From Gracilinanus agilis (taxonomy: Eukaryota): a stretch of DNA of 64,000 bases. Location of the stretch: the NCBI RefSeq assembly GCF_016433145.1, contig NC_058132.1, positions 526,548,576-526,612,575 on the forward strand. Direction: 5' to 3'. The position numbers were made by a program, and so were the translations under genes. The number at the start of each line of letters is the position of its first letter. Position 1 is the stretch's first letter. Under the pieces are notes generated by a model that was not told where the DNA came from, ran no database searches, and saw nothing but the letters and a program-made list of their open reading frames with translations. This document shows, in pieces, positions 39,170-51,937 of the stretch.

Positions 39170-39248
39170 GTGCTAACTTACCTGTAGAGCATTTGAACTC
39201 ATGGCCCGGGTCTCATGAGCACAGTGGTCTAACTTGCTGAACTGACCT
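39170..39248 (-). mobile_element. tRNA-like head of an ancient SINE (MamSINE1-like)
   Basis: Minus strand ggtcagttcagcaagttagaccactgtgctcatgagacccgggccatgagttcaaatg resembles a decayed tRNA-Ile-derived head. Confidence 0.5.
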
Positions 39249-40640
39249 TTCCTGGACATGAAATATTAATAAACACCTAAGCTGGCTAAGGAGTGCTTCC
39301 CCCCACCAGTCCCCAATGAAAGATGTTGAACAATAGTGATGAAGATATATGTGTAATCCACCAGCTATAATTTTTGACTTGACCTTTTGAGATGATAGTA
39401 GATCTTTCTCCAACCTAAGAAGGCTCAGAACTTCCTCAACCTTTGCCCTTTGCCCATTTTCCCCATTTAGTTTCTTGTCACGGATTGCTTTTACCTCTGT
39501 AAATCTTTCTCATTTGACCCTACTTCTCTACTCTCACTACTGCCTCCATACTTGAGTCTCTCACCATCTCTTCTTGCCTAAAGTCTCTTGCCTCTCAAAT
39601 CTCTTAACACAAACTACTGCCAGTTATTTCCCCTTCACATAGGGGACTATGCTATTTACCTGCTTGAAAACCTTGAATTGCTTTCCATTGTCCTTGTATT
39701 TGTATTTAAAGACTTTAGTATACATGCTGGTGTTTTCTCAGATACCCTTACCTCTAGTTCCTCAGTGTGCTCAGTGATTTACTTCTCTGTCTCACTTCAG
39801 TTGCACACAGCTCATACCCATAAGCTTTGCCCTTCTGTGATCTAGAACTCTTAAAATACCATTTATATTCCCCTATCCTTACATCTTTTTGCTAAATTCT
39901 CTATTGTGTTCTCAATAACCTTTTCTTGTCTGAATAGTTCTTAGAAGTTGTTTCTCCATCTTTATGACATCTCTTCTCAGCTTTGTTTTCAGTAAGCTTA
40001 CCTCCTTCAGAGAATCCCATATAAACCAGTAGGAATCTTGGGGGCTATCCAGGTAACTAACTTGTTATCAGCGATGGATCTTGAAGATAGCATAATTTGT
40101 TTTCTGTTGACTGATACACTTGGTCCATTAGCTAATTACTGTTTTTTAAAGCAAATTCATCCTTTCCCTCTTTCCCCAATTTGGAGAGGACTAACTTTTA
40201 TATTCTGTGCTTTCCTTCTTCCTTCGCTGCCTTTGGCTTCACAAATAATTCTCCAATTGTCTTTGTCTTATGGAAGGGAACTTAGAGAACCCGGAAAGTT
40301 GTGACATAAACAACATTTCATTATGGAGAAAGTAGGCCACTGAGTCAGAATGAGGACTTGGCAGCTGTCCTTTAGTGTTTTTAGAGCTTTAAAACATTTA
40401 TTTCCTAATTGAAAAGGAGCTGATACATAGATAACTGCCTAGACTGGCTTAGTACCTCCTGAAGGAGAAAGACTTCTTTTTGACAAGACTAAAAGGAAAT
40501 TTTTTCTTAATTATCTAGCCTAGGTAGGGGATACCCCAATTTTTTTGTCCCCTATTGCTTGAATCTATGTTTCTAAAGTTGACCTTAGTGATATACTTGG
40601 CAGTACCATTTTGCTCTGTCAGGAAAAGAGACGTATCCTT

Positions 40641-40646
<6 letters not shown>

Positions 40647-40720
<74 letters not shown>
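40647..40720. repeat. Compound microsatellite (TC)19(TA)18; second copy (TC)16(TA)19 at 41056-41126
   Basis: Counted directly. Confidence 0.9.
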
Positions 40721-40722
<2 letters not shown>

Positions 40723-40731
40723 GCTATATCT

Positions 40732-40960
40732 NNNNNNNNNNNNNNNNNNNNNNNNNNNNNNNNNNNNNNNNNNNNNNNNNNNNNNNNNNNNNNNNNNNNN
40801 NNNNNNNNNNNNNNNNNNNNNNNNNNNNNNNNNNNNNNNNNNNNNNNNNNNNNNNNNNNNNNNNNNNNNNNNNNNNNNNNNNNNNNNNNNNNNNNNNNNN
40901 NNNNNNNNNNNNNNNNNNNNNNNNNNNNNNNNNNNNNNNNNNNNNNNNNNNNNNNNNNNN
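40732..40960. other. Assembly gap (229 N) flanked by duplicated sequence
   Basis: 40552-40731 is repeated at 40961-41137. Confidence 0.97.
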
Positions 40961-41049
40961 CTATTGCTTGAATCTATGTTTCTAAAGTTGACCTTAGTGA
41001 TATACTTGGCAGTACCATTTTGCTCTGTCAGGAAAAGAGACGTATCCTT

Positions 41050-41128
<79 letters not shown>

Positions 41129-42139
41129 TGCTATATCAGTGTGTGTGTATATGCTATATATATCGATATCTCTATATCAGACTATAAAATCGGAAAGTTG
41201 GTCTTCATAATCTCTATACTCTCTTCCAGCTCTAAGCCTGTGAGCTCTAGCTTCACCACTTAGCAAGTGCATGATTTTGGGTTTGTGTGTGTGTGTGTGT
41301 GTGTGTCTGTCTGTCTGTCTCTGTTTCTCACTCATAAATACAGTTGTATCCATAGAAGGGAACTTAAGAGCTGAACTGAGTCTCTCACCAAGCTGACCAG
41401 CTGGTTTCTATCATTAAGAAGTAGAGAAAAGCTAACACTTCATATTTAATGACCATCAGAATAGTGTGTCAAGACACTGGCTTTAGAACCAGAAGACCTA
41501 GGTTCAGTTTTACATCTGCTCACTACTCAGGTTTATAATAGGTTGTAAGTGATTTCTCCTTTTGAGGCCTCAACTTTCTTCTGTTCAAAACGATGGAGTA
41601 GGACTAATAGATTCAGATAATTGCTCAAGATCCTCCAGCTATAGAGCATACATTAAAAAGCACAAAACCTATCCTTTCAGGAGGATGTAGGTGGAATTCT
41701 GTGGTTTCCTGATAGCTGGTGAATGTGACTTCTTTAGTTGGCCAACAACAGGTGATATAAATCTGATGTGGGACTGTCAATTACTTGCTTTTTTTTATTG
41801 CTCTTAATTTTATTTATGTCCGTATGTTTGCATTATGGGAAAAGCTAAAGAAAGAATAATATGTTGAGAATTTTTGACATTTTATTCTGTTCCATAATTG
41901 GACAAAGATATGGCAGTAGAGGATAGAAGTGCTTCCTCATATCTCATGTTTAATGTTTGTCCTTTATCATCATCTTTTAGATTTCAGTTTCATTTATTTT
42001 GTTGCTGTTACTTTTTCCCCAATACATTTTTATTACTATTTTACTTGTAAATTCAAAATAAAGGCTCATGGAATTTTAAAGTTAAAAGGTAAGGTACCTT
42101 AAGAGGTCATCTACTCACACACCTTCATCTGGTGATTGA

Positions 42140-42470
42140 GAAGCATTTACTATATGCTAGGAGCCTATGCTAAGCCCTGGAGATACAAAAGAGACAAAAA
42201 ATAATCTCTGCCCTTTAAAAGCCTACAATTTAATGGGGGAGACAACATAAAAACAAATACACAAAGCAAGCTATATACAGAAAAAATAGGAAATAATTTA
42301 CAGAGGGAAGATATAGAATTAAGAAGGTTTGGGGCATACCTCCTGTACAAAGTGGGATTTTAATTGAGACTTTCAGGAAGCCAGAGAAGTCAATAATCAG
42401 AACAGAGCAGGGAGAGGATTCCAGGCATGGGGGATAGCCAGAGAAAATGTCTAGTCAAAGAAGTGGAGAG
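42140..42470 (-). mobile_element. L2 3' fragment
   Basis: agcatttactatatgctaggagcctatgctaagccctggagatacaaaag...ctgccctttaaaagcctacaatttaatggggg, typical marsupial L2 end. Confidence 0.75.
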
Positions 42471-42709
42471 AATTGCCAAGGTCATAGAACTAATTAGTGG
42501 CAATGCTTCTTTTTTACTAAATGGATTACCCTCTGGGAAGGACTTTAGGAGTTCTGCTGCCAAGATCCTGGCACTTTTGCAGGGAGTGTGATTGCAGCAT
42601 AGCTTCAGGCCCTGAAGATGCAATCAAGGCCAGGCTATAAATCCTTTTTCTAATTCTTCTTACTTCACTTTGAATCAGCTAATAGAGGTCTTCTAGTTTC
42701 CCTTGAATC

Positions 42710-42935
42710 CATTAATTTCATCAGATGGCCCAGTAATCAATAGTCTTCAGTCATGTTCAACTCTTTGGAATTTTCCTTGCAAAGGTAATAGAAGTAGTTT
42801 GCCATTTCCTTCTCTAGCTTGTTTTACATATGAAGAAACTGAGATGTGATTTGTGACTTGTCTTGGGTCACATAGCTATTAAGTGCCTGAGGCTGAATTT
42901 GAACTCAGATCTTTCTGGTGCTTTACCCATTATGC
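42710..42935 (-). mobile_element. MAR1 SINE
   Basis: gaagtagtttgccatttccttctctagc...gaaactgag...ggctgaatttgaactcag, reverse of the MAR1 pattern. Confidence 0.75.
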
Positions 42936-44869
42936 CACCTAGCTGCATTAATTAATATATATCATAATGTGTTTAAACATTTCCAGCCCTTTGGCAAGTA
43001 CAAAAAAGACCTACTATGAATCTTTTTTTGTATAGGTGAGTCCTTTTCCTTCATCTCTTTGGGACATAGGCCTAAACGTGTGCTGTTTCTGGATCAAAGT
43101 ATATGAGCAGTTGATTACCTCTGTTAATCCTAATAGCAATCCTATGAAGTATATAGTGTTACTATCCCCATTTTACAGAAGGTGAAACCATAGCTCTGAG
43201 AGGGATAGTGACTTTCTAAGGTGATGCACCAACTAAGGAGTGAACCTGGGTGGCTGACTCTTAGATTTAGAGCTAAAAGAGACAGTAGAGGTCATCAAGC
43301 CCAACCTCCCATTTTATAGATTAAGAACATGAGATCCCTGTCTGGGGATGAAGGATCATGCCAAAGATAAAAAAGGCAATACCAGGCAGCACTATATTTC
43401 TGAATACCTGTGTTTGTTGACACCAGACTGTGCCTTTCCTTTGACCCATGCCTCTTTCTTCTTTGGCAGGCACAGAGCCCTTTCCATCCTTCTATATTGC
43501 CTCTGAAGAGGTAGAAGCCATTCATGTGACTTGTGTAAAGAAATTTGTCATTTAGGAATGTTTTTGCTATCATCTTTAAATAGAAATTTAGAAATATCTA
43601 TTAACACTTATTTCTTGAACCTTTGCTTTTCTCCCTTTGTATGACCACCTCTTGGAACTCTCTTCAGCCACCATCTCTTCTACCCGAGGTTGAAGGTATC
43701 TGATGGAATCATCTGATATAAGCTGAAATCTTGACCTATGCATGCAAAATGAAGTTGGGGCAATGAATTGTTGACAGTGGGGAAAGCAGATTCAGTTACT
43801 ATGCATGACAGTAATTGTGCTTGCATCAAGTCCTTTGATAGCTGTCCTTATATATGAACATTTATTTTCTCTCTTCAGGAGAGAAGGGAGGAAGACTATA
43901 TTGTAGGTTAGAGCATAGTAAGATGTTTCTGAATAATGTTATTTGTGAAAAGTGGGACAGGTGAACAGTAGAACAGTAGATAAATTTCTACAGGCAGATA
44001 AATTTTCTTGATGGCTTAGAAACCCTAGCTAATAACTCCCAAGTTCCCAGCAGCCCTTTGATTTCCTCTAATTATAGAAAGAGTATAAAGAAAATTTAAG
44101 AATCTTCAGTTGCTTTTTCTTCATGACAGATTTTTGATGTAAAATGACCAAAAATGATATTTTGCAATTAAAGGTCAAATTCAACTTGATTCCTTTTGTT
44201 GAGGCCACATGATGTAGTAAATAGAATGCCCAGAAACATTGAGTTCACGTTCTGCCTCTTAACATACATTGGTTGAGAAATGGCTTAGTTGAGCCACATA
44301 ACTTAGCAATTAGCTAAGTTTATAAGTTGTAAGGAAGGTGCTATCCTACATTGGTAGTTTCCTCACTTTAGGAGTACCCTATATCAATGAAATCATAGGT
44401 TTAGTTCCTATAAGTTTTTTTTATAACTGCCTTTTTTTTTCCTCCATGAAAGTATTCTCAAACATTTACTTTCTTGCTTAATTTTGAACCTTTTCATTGT
44501 CTTTGCATGGGTGGTTCACCAAGACCAATGGTTCCCTCTCCTACTACCCCTTCCCCCCAAAAATTTTACTAGCTACCCTCTTTTTCTATTTATTTATTTC
44601 TTCCAGTAGCAAAATAGATTATGTCTGGTTATCACATTTATAGAGATGACATTCAAACATTTCTACAGACATTTCTGTTTAAGTGCTTACTATGTGCCAA
44701 GCACTATGCTAAGAACTTTATAAATATCCCATTTGATTCCCATATCAACCCTGGAAGGTAGAAACTATTTTACAGGAAACTGTACCACATAGAAGTGAAA
44801 TGGCTTACCAGGGTTATTCATCTCTAGTGCCTGCCTAAATCGAGATTTGAATTCAGGTTGTCTTGGTAG

Positions 44870-47472
44870 TGTGTAATTTGAATATGTTACCTGCAAAACT
44901 ACTATTCCCAGCACCCTACTCACTTCTTGTCCTTATGTGCTGAGGTAGACAGGATATAAATTGGGTGGAGTTCTGTGTCTAGCTCTCTTTTCCTGTCAGT
45001 GGCTTTGGTGGAGCAAGCATTTTGAGCAGGTAGAAAATGTAGTCACGTGGTTCTGTTTTGTCAGATAATAAACTTTAAAGTATAATACTTCAAGTATTGG
45101 ACATTAATTTAACTCTTATTTTTATGGCGACCAGAAGAGGGGTTCAGAAACCCTTACTTCTCTTTGAGTAGATTAGTTTTAAAAGAAACCATGTTTCTCC
45201 TGCATTGGCTTTTCGCCAACACAGGTGCTGCAACCCCCCCCTCCCCCAAACCCCCACCCCAGCTTCCACCTGTGCTGGCAGTCCTGCCTCCTGCTGCTGA
45301 CTCCCTGGGTGGTCCCAGCTGCCTGCTTCTGCCACTCCAGTTCCTCCTGCTGCTATTGCTGCTGCTGATTGGAGCCACTCTCCAGAGGGTTTGGAAAGTA
45401 TAAAGTCTTTCTTTCCCTTACACTGCCAACAGCTGAGTGCTTGCTAGCTGCTTGCCTTGGGAGCCTGGTGGGTTTCCCTTAGGCCAGTAATGGGCAAACT
45501 TTTTAAAAGAGGGAGTCAAAGGAAAGGAAATGCTCATCTGTCAGTCTGTTTCTAAGACAACTCTTTCGAAGTTTCATTGTATTGTATCCTACTCATTGTA
45601 TTCATCAGATTAAGAATAATATTGCATAGCTGGATAGAATATTTCTGGGGGCCACATCTAGCTTGTGGGCCATAGTTTGCCCATCACTGCCCTAGGGAGA
45701 AGGGGAAGGAAGGTTACTCTTCCAAATTACAGACAGGAAGTAGAATTGCAAGCATGGTTCACTTTATGAAAGAGTGGTGCATTACCTCTCTCAAAAGCTC
45801 CCAGTTTTAGGATGTTTCTTCTTCCTACCTTTCTTGGGTGCACTGGTCCTTGCGATGAGCTTGAATAATCCTGAGATTCAGGGGAGTTATTCATCTCCCT
45901 ATACCCCCTTGCCATTCTGGCCTGCCCAGTCTCTACAATATATCCAATATGGAATTCCTCCACACTATGCTCAGTGAGGAATTCTCCCTCACTACGGGAG
46001 ATCCCAGAGGTGTGACTAAAAGGAACCTAGATAGATGATAATACTGGGGAAGGGAAGGAACCTTAAAGAGTCCAGAGGTAGATTTTAAGCCTTTTCAGAC
46101 TCCATTGTTTTATGGAAGCCTCTGTATCAGAATTGGAAAAAAGAACTCTTGAATTCAGTGCCTGTATCCCGTCACATATTTTGTATTTGCTGATTGCTTG
46201 TTTTAAGATTTTATTTTGTTTGTTAAGTTCTAGTACATTATGTCACTTTAAGTTACTGTGTTTTGGCTATTAGTTGTATGTTCTCTTACATTGTCTTTAT
46301 TCGTGCCTCCCTGTATGACTAGACTGAAGAAACTATTGTAAAAGTCCAGGAAAATTTAATGATCTAAAAAAAAAAATTTTAAATTGATTTTAAAGGGCCT
46401 TCTGAAGTGAAGTGTCTATTATATTCCCTACCTCTGAATTTATAAAAATGTAGTGTGTAAAAAACTCATCTGAAAGGTGGAAAGTTTTTCTAAGGGACAT
46501 GGTACCTCTAAACATTACCCACTTCTGCATTTATAAAAATCAGAAATGTTTTTTCACTATTGTAGTCTTTGTCACCAAAATACAATGGATGGGACATATA
46601 AAAGACATGCCTTTAGAGCTATTACAGTCTCATGCCAAAGGAGGGAGCAAACCCAGGGAGTTTGATTACCCCATGAAGGGTTATAGTCTTATACAATAAG
46701 TGGGAAGGTTAAGGGGTGTGATACCTCTAAATGGCCCCCAAGAGGGAGTATTTTAGCCAAGATTGAACACCATGTGCTTCAGTGGCTACCTGAGTTAATC
46801 TGTGTGTTTTTCAACACCCTCCTCAGAGGGGATGGTATAATTGTCATAAAATTCTAGTTTTATAAAAGTTAAGAAACTTGCTACCTCCCAGAATCCAGGG
46901 GTGAAGTGCTTGGAGAAGGCGCCATGGAGATTCCTTCAGAAACCTCACACTGCACTGAAAGATCCAGAATGAACTTTGGGTTGTAGTGAAATTGAAATGT
47001 GAGGACTTGTAACACATTTATTTTGTATGCATACTCTTATGCCGAAGTGGACTGCCTCCAGTTGACTTTTTGTCAGTGTGCCTAGCAATCATTGCTTTTG
47101 TTCTCTTTCCCTTTTATCCCCAAATTATTGTAATTTATAAGTTGGTTATGTTTACAAGATCCACTGGGGAGATTAGTCTGCCAAAGGATCTCAGGGGGGA
47201 TTGTGTAATTTGAATCTGTTACCCTAAAAACTACGATCCCCAGCCAAACTACTATTTCTAGCACCCACCCTACTAACTCCTTATCATTACGTGCTGGGGA
47301 GACAGGATATGTATTGGGTAGAGTTCCATGCCTAGCTCTTTTCCTTCCTGTTGTCAGCTTTGGTGGAATGGGCATTTTGGGCAGGTAGAAAACTTAGTTA
47401 CATGGTTTTGTTTTGTCAGATAACAGATTTTAAAATATACTTTAAGTACTGGACATTAATTTAACTCTTACA
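44870..47472 (+). mobile_element. Complete non-autonomous ERV-like provirus (5' LTR 44870-~45120, PBS 45125-45142, PPT ~47193-47200, 3' LTR 47202-47472)
   Basis: Two homologous LTRs both starting tgtgtaatttgaat and ending gacattaatttaactctta(ca); PBS tggcgaccagaag; PPT agggggga; TSD gtag/gtat; the flanks rejoin into one MIR. Confidence 0.88.
45485..45689. mobile_element. hAT MITE, same family as 16351-16553, nested in the provirus
   Basis: TIRs cagtaatgggcaaac / gtttgcccatcactg; TSD ccttaggc/ccctaggg (6/8). Confidence 0.92.
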
Positions 47473-47669
47473 GTATCCAGGCTCATTACTCCATATCCTG
47501 CATCACAAAACTGACCCATTATAATCTTTTATTCCCCAAATCCCCCAAACTCTACCTTTAGATGGTTCTCACAGTAAACTTTTCATCTTTGTGAATTGAA
47601 ATGTGCTTCTTTGAAGCTTATATCCATTTTTCTTAATTTTCCCTGGCACAACTAAATCTTAATTTTTTT

Positions 47670-47850
47670 CATATTAGAAGACAACTGTCATTTTCTCCCT
47701 TGCTCTTTATCTAGTCTTACACTTGTTCTCAAGACCCTTTGTTATTTTGGTTGCCCTCCTTGGGACTTAATGCAGCTCATCATTTACCTTCTTAAAATGT
47801 TGTTTCCAGGATTAAGCCTGGTGTTCCCGGGGAGATCTGACATGTTTGCT
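47670..47850 (-). mobile_element. L3/CR1 fragment
   Basis: ttggttgccctcctttgggacttaatgcagctcatcatttaccttcttaaaatg resembles antisense L3 ORF2 3' end; a further L3-like piece lies at ~56880-57130. Confidence 0.55.
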
Positions 47851-48014
47851 TAACTGAATTGTCTTTGTTGAGCTGCCCAATAGAAAACTATTAATATTTT
47901 CCAAGCATTAGCACACTGTTTATATGTATTTTCTCAAGCTACTTCTCTTCCCAGAATGAAAATGTTATTCATGTAATCCTGCTTTTGGTCCCTAAAGATT
48001 GTGTTGTGTTGCAG

Positions 48015-48200
48015 GCAGATATCTGGTCTCTGGGCATAACAGCAATAGAGCTTGCTAAAGGAGAACCTCCTCATTCAGAGCTGCACCCAATGAAGGTGTT
48101 ATTCCTCATTCCAAAGAACAATCCACCAACGCTGGAAGGAAACTACAGCAAACCCCTCAAAGAGTTTGTGGAGGCCTGTCTGAACAAGGAACCAAGCTTT
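48015..48200 (+). CDS. STK24: STK24 coding exon (exon 6 equivalent), 186 nt, phase 0-0
   Basis: gttgcAG|GCAGAT...AGCTTT|GTaagt; [62 protein letters not shown]. Confidence 0.98.
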
Positions 48201-50831
48201 GTAAGTTTTGCCAGTGGGTCACTCTTGGAGGATAAAGTATGAATTCATGATGCTAGAAATTTTTTTGATTTGTTTTTAAATTACAGAGAAAATTTGGTAT
48301 TGAAATACTTCCATTAGACATTAGGTAATGATATCCAAATATTTTTAAATAAGAGTTTGGAATCGGGAAGGAATCACAGCCAACTGTGAAAATATTTTCA
48401 TCTAAATTAGGTGCGGTCATGTCAGGATGTACAGGTGTTGGCATGCCAACCAAAAAAGTGGTTTGAAGGTCAACATAAAAAGAGTTACACAAACTTTTTC
48501 TTGGAGTTTTTCCCAAAAGGCTTTTAAATTGAAATCAGGAAAAAAATCACTTGGAGGTGAATTTTCCACTGCTCAGCCTCTTAAGTTGTCCAAACAGATT
48601 AAATGTCCTTTAATGGAAGAATGGATCTGAATATGAAGTTTAAGGCTAAAGTGCTTCTATTCTTAGGAGTTTCTGAATTTAAATGTGATTTCACTTCTAT
48701 CCACAGTATAATTTAGACTATCAGTTTCCTCATTTTTGTAAACATGTACCCCCTTTTCTCATCTTAAATGTAAACTCACCCGTTCTTTGCAAATATTAGC
48801 CAAGACCTTGGTTGTCTTTCTGCAACTTCCAGAGAAATCTGCCATGTTACTGTTTCTGTGATTCAGAATTTGAACCCTTAGATTTTTTTGAATTATATCC
48901 TAGATGAGGAAACTAAAAGGGGGAAGGTAAATGACTTATTAAAGGTCAGATTGATGGCAAGTTCAGAAGCTGAGATTTGAACCCAGGTTCTCTGGCTCCA
49001 AATCCAGTGCTTTTTTCCATCTTCTCTGCAGCAGTGCTTATTTCCTGAATAAGATGAATAAATTTAAAGGATATCCCCCTTTCCTTTTAAAGGGTTGGTC
49101 TCCTTTGATAGAAGGCAAAATATAAAGCCTATGAATGGGACCTATGTTAGTTAAGTAAGAAACATTTCCATTTTTTATCTCCTGGAAAGCATTGCTGTTT
49201 AATAAGTTTTCAGACACATCCTTATCAACTATTTTAATTCCTGATGGGTTTAGAACACCTTCAGGCCTAATACATATTTTCTTTCCATTTCTATCTTTGC
49301 TACTATTACCCGTTACTTTGTCACACACTGATTTTTGTTTTCTACCCAATTCGTGTGACTGATTTGTTTGTGTAAAATTGTGTTTATGTGTGTTTTGCCT
49401 TTCGATTGTGCTAAGTATCCAGGTTCTCCTTTCCTGGATCCTGAGGATACTTTTCCCCTCCTGTAGTCTGATTCCTAACTCGAGGCTAGAAGATAATTTT
49501 ATTTAAGATAGAAAATCCTACAAATAGTACTTAAGAGTTTTACCACAAGGGCAAATTGTGAAGTATTCACAGTATTTTGGTAATGTCTGAAGCAAGTGAA
49601 AAATAATAGCCAAGTAGTTTTTTATATAACTGTTTTCAGTTTCAATTTGGCTTGAGATAGGAAAGAAAAAAAAAACAACTTGAAAATAATTGGCCTTCAG
49701 AAGGGTGGATGTGTTAGATTCTTCCCCCTTTTTTTTCCCTGCCCTCTTCGTCCTCTTTCCCTCAATTTACATGTAATTAGAGGTGGGAAAGCCAAGGGAC
49801 ACTGATGATTACATAGTTTTGGCTTAGTTTCTGCTCCAGATTTAGGGTAAATTTCAAGAGGCTGGTATTTTAGGTAGAGTTTAGGGTTTAGCAACATAGG
49901 ATCATAGGATTTAGAGCTGCTACAAACTTTAGTGTTCATCTAGTCTGACTCCTTCATTTTACAGAAAGGGAAACTGAGGTCTAAGAGAGGTTAAGTGACT
50001 TACTTATAGTAACGTCAATTGTGATTAGAAGAGCTAGGTTCTCTGACTCCAAAAGTAGAAATCATTTCCATAATACACATGCCATTTCCACTTTTAGTAT
50101 TTCTGAGTTTTTAGCTTAGTTGTAAAAGAGGCAATTTTCATTTTCTCATTGGCTTCTGTCTTAAGATGTAAAGTATGAATTATATCACTGATACTAGGGT
50201 TTGCCAACACCTTGCCAGAGACTGGCTAGAAGGAATTGTGAGCCCACCGAATTGATAAAGCAGAAAGTAAAATTTATTTTATCTGTTCTTCTAGTAATGT
50301 ACTCTAAATTGTTTAGTTCTAGACATGATCAATCTTGGGAATATAGAGAGAATAGCAATCTTGCTATTCTCTTTGTTGAGTTGTAGGGAATCAGCAATTA
50401 TAGATACTAATTGTTTTAACCATTCAATATGTTAAAATATAGATAATTATTAATATAGCTGTTTACCTGCCCAGTTCTACAATCGTTAAGAGAGTAAAGC
50501 AGGAAGGTAAGGAACTAGTAACATGTAAGTGAGAGCACTGGGAATAAGGAGGAGGAAGAGAAGAAGACATTTGACATTGTCAAGTATGTCTTCAGACACT
50601 GTACTTTCTTTTTCACAAGACTGAGTATTATGACACTCTCATTAAGTATGTTATTTATTCTAAGAGAGGAGTTTGATCTAACCCCAATTGTAGTTTATGC
50701 ATTTCTACCAACTGGTGATTTTGGATTTTATTTCATCCCTCCTTGTGGTTAGTATCCCATTGTTCTCTCTTAAGTAGCAAAGGCAGTTGGCAGCTGGGTT
50801 ATGATTATTGCTGTGTTAAAAGCATGAAACA

Positions 50832-51012
50832 ATCCCCCTTACCTTCTGTCTTAGAATCAATACTATGTTTTAGTTCCAGGGTGGAGGAACAGTAAGGGCT
50901 AGTCAGTGGAGGTTAAATGACTTGTCCAGGGCCACATGGTTAGGAAGTGTCTGAGACCTTCTGTCTCTAGGCCTGGCTCTCAATCCACTGATCTCTACCC
51001 TGCTTCCCCCCC
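50832..51012 (-). mobile_element. SINE1_Mdo-type SINE with B-box deletion, 10-bp TSD
   Basis: TSD gcatgaaaca at 50822-50831 and 51013-51022; the agatttgaacc segment of sibling copies is absent at ~50958. Confidence 0.85.
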
Positions 51013-51857
51013 GCATGAAACAGTTCTTGACTTAAGTAATTATGAGGGAATGTGCACACTCAGAATATGAGTGACATTTGGAGGCATAGGTTGGGAAGTG
51101 ACTTAGTCAAATGGTCTTAGAATTACAAGGTTCAAAACGTGACAAATGATTGAATATTTCAGAGAAAATGATGTTTATAGAGGGCTTTTGTGGGGTTACC
51201 ATTTTTATTTATATATACATATATACACACATACATAATATAATGTATATAACATGACTAATATATGATTTGTTATAAATATGTAATAAAGTATAATAAA
51301 TATCCTTATCCAAGAGAAACAAATTCTCACATTAGATATGTCCAAAAATCTGCCCCCACCCCCACTCCTTCCCCTTCCCCAAGAAGGCCAGTAATATTAT
51401 ATAGGTGGTACATATATTATCATATAATGAATATTTCCTTTTTTGTCATGTTGTGAAATAAGACAAATATTGCTTACGTTAAAATATAGGTTGCTTTTTA
51501 ATTTCTTTAAACATATTAGTAGCAGTTAATGTATTTTCTACAGAGCAAAGATAGGCATAGAACGTGAACAAAATGATTGGCTGTCTTTTTTCTTCTCAGA
51601 ATTTCCAGTCCAGTATAGATTCCATTTGCACAGTGTAGTCCTGGGTCACACAGACAAATAAGAATTTCTTTTGGAAGACATTGTATTCCTCTAAATTGTG
51701 CCATCAAGTTTTTTAATAATAAAAAAAAAAGAAGCAAAAAAAGTAATTGACATAAACCTGTAGAAGTATACTTGCCATTGAATTATATATAGGTCAATGC
51801 ATCTCATATCTAAGTCTGACCTGAATACATATTGTATCTTCCCAGTATATTAGCTTC

Positions 51858-51937
51858 TCATTTCATTCATTCATTCATTTATTCATTCATTCATTTATTT
51901 ATTTATCCATTCATTCATTCATTTATTTATTTATTTG
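51858..51937. repeat. (TTCA)n/(TTTA)n simple repeat at an L2 tail
   Basis: Read directly. Confidence 0.85.

Noticed and set aside
43470-43510. Cryptic 41-nt exon (ctttggcAG ... GAG|gtagaa)
   Set aside because: Weak donor, frameshifting, no further support; such pairs are common in long introns.
45154-45403. Overlapping ORFs in the provirus leader as gag remnants
   Set aside because: Low-complexity Pro/Leu/Ala or Gly-rich translations of a GC-rich leader; no gag motif recognised.
48437-48450. Perfect 14-bp palindrome GTTGGCATGCCAAC
   Set aside because: Several are expected by chance in 64 kb; spacing fits neither NFI nor the RFX X-box exactly.
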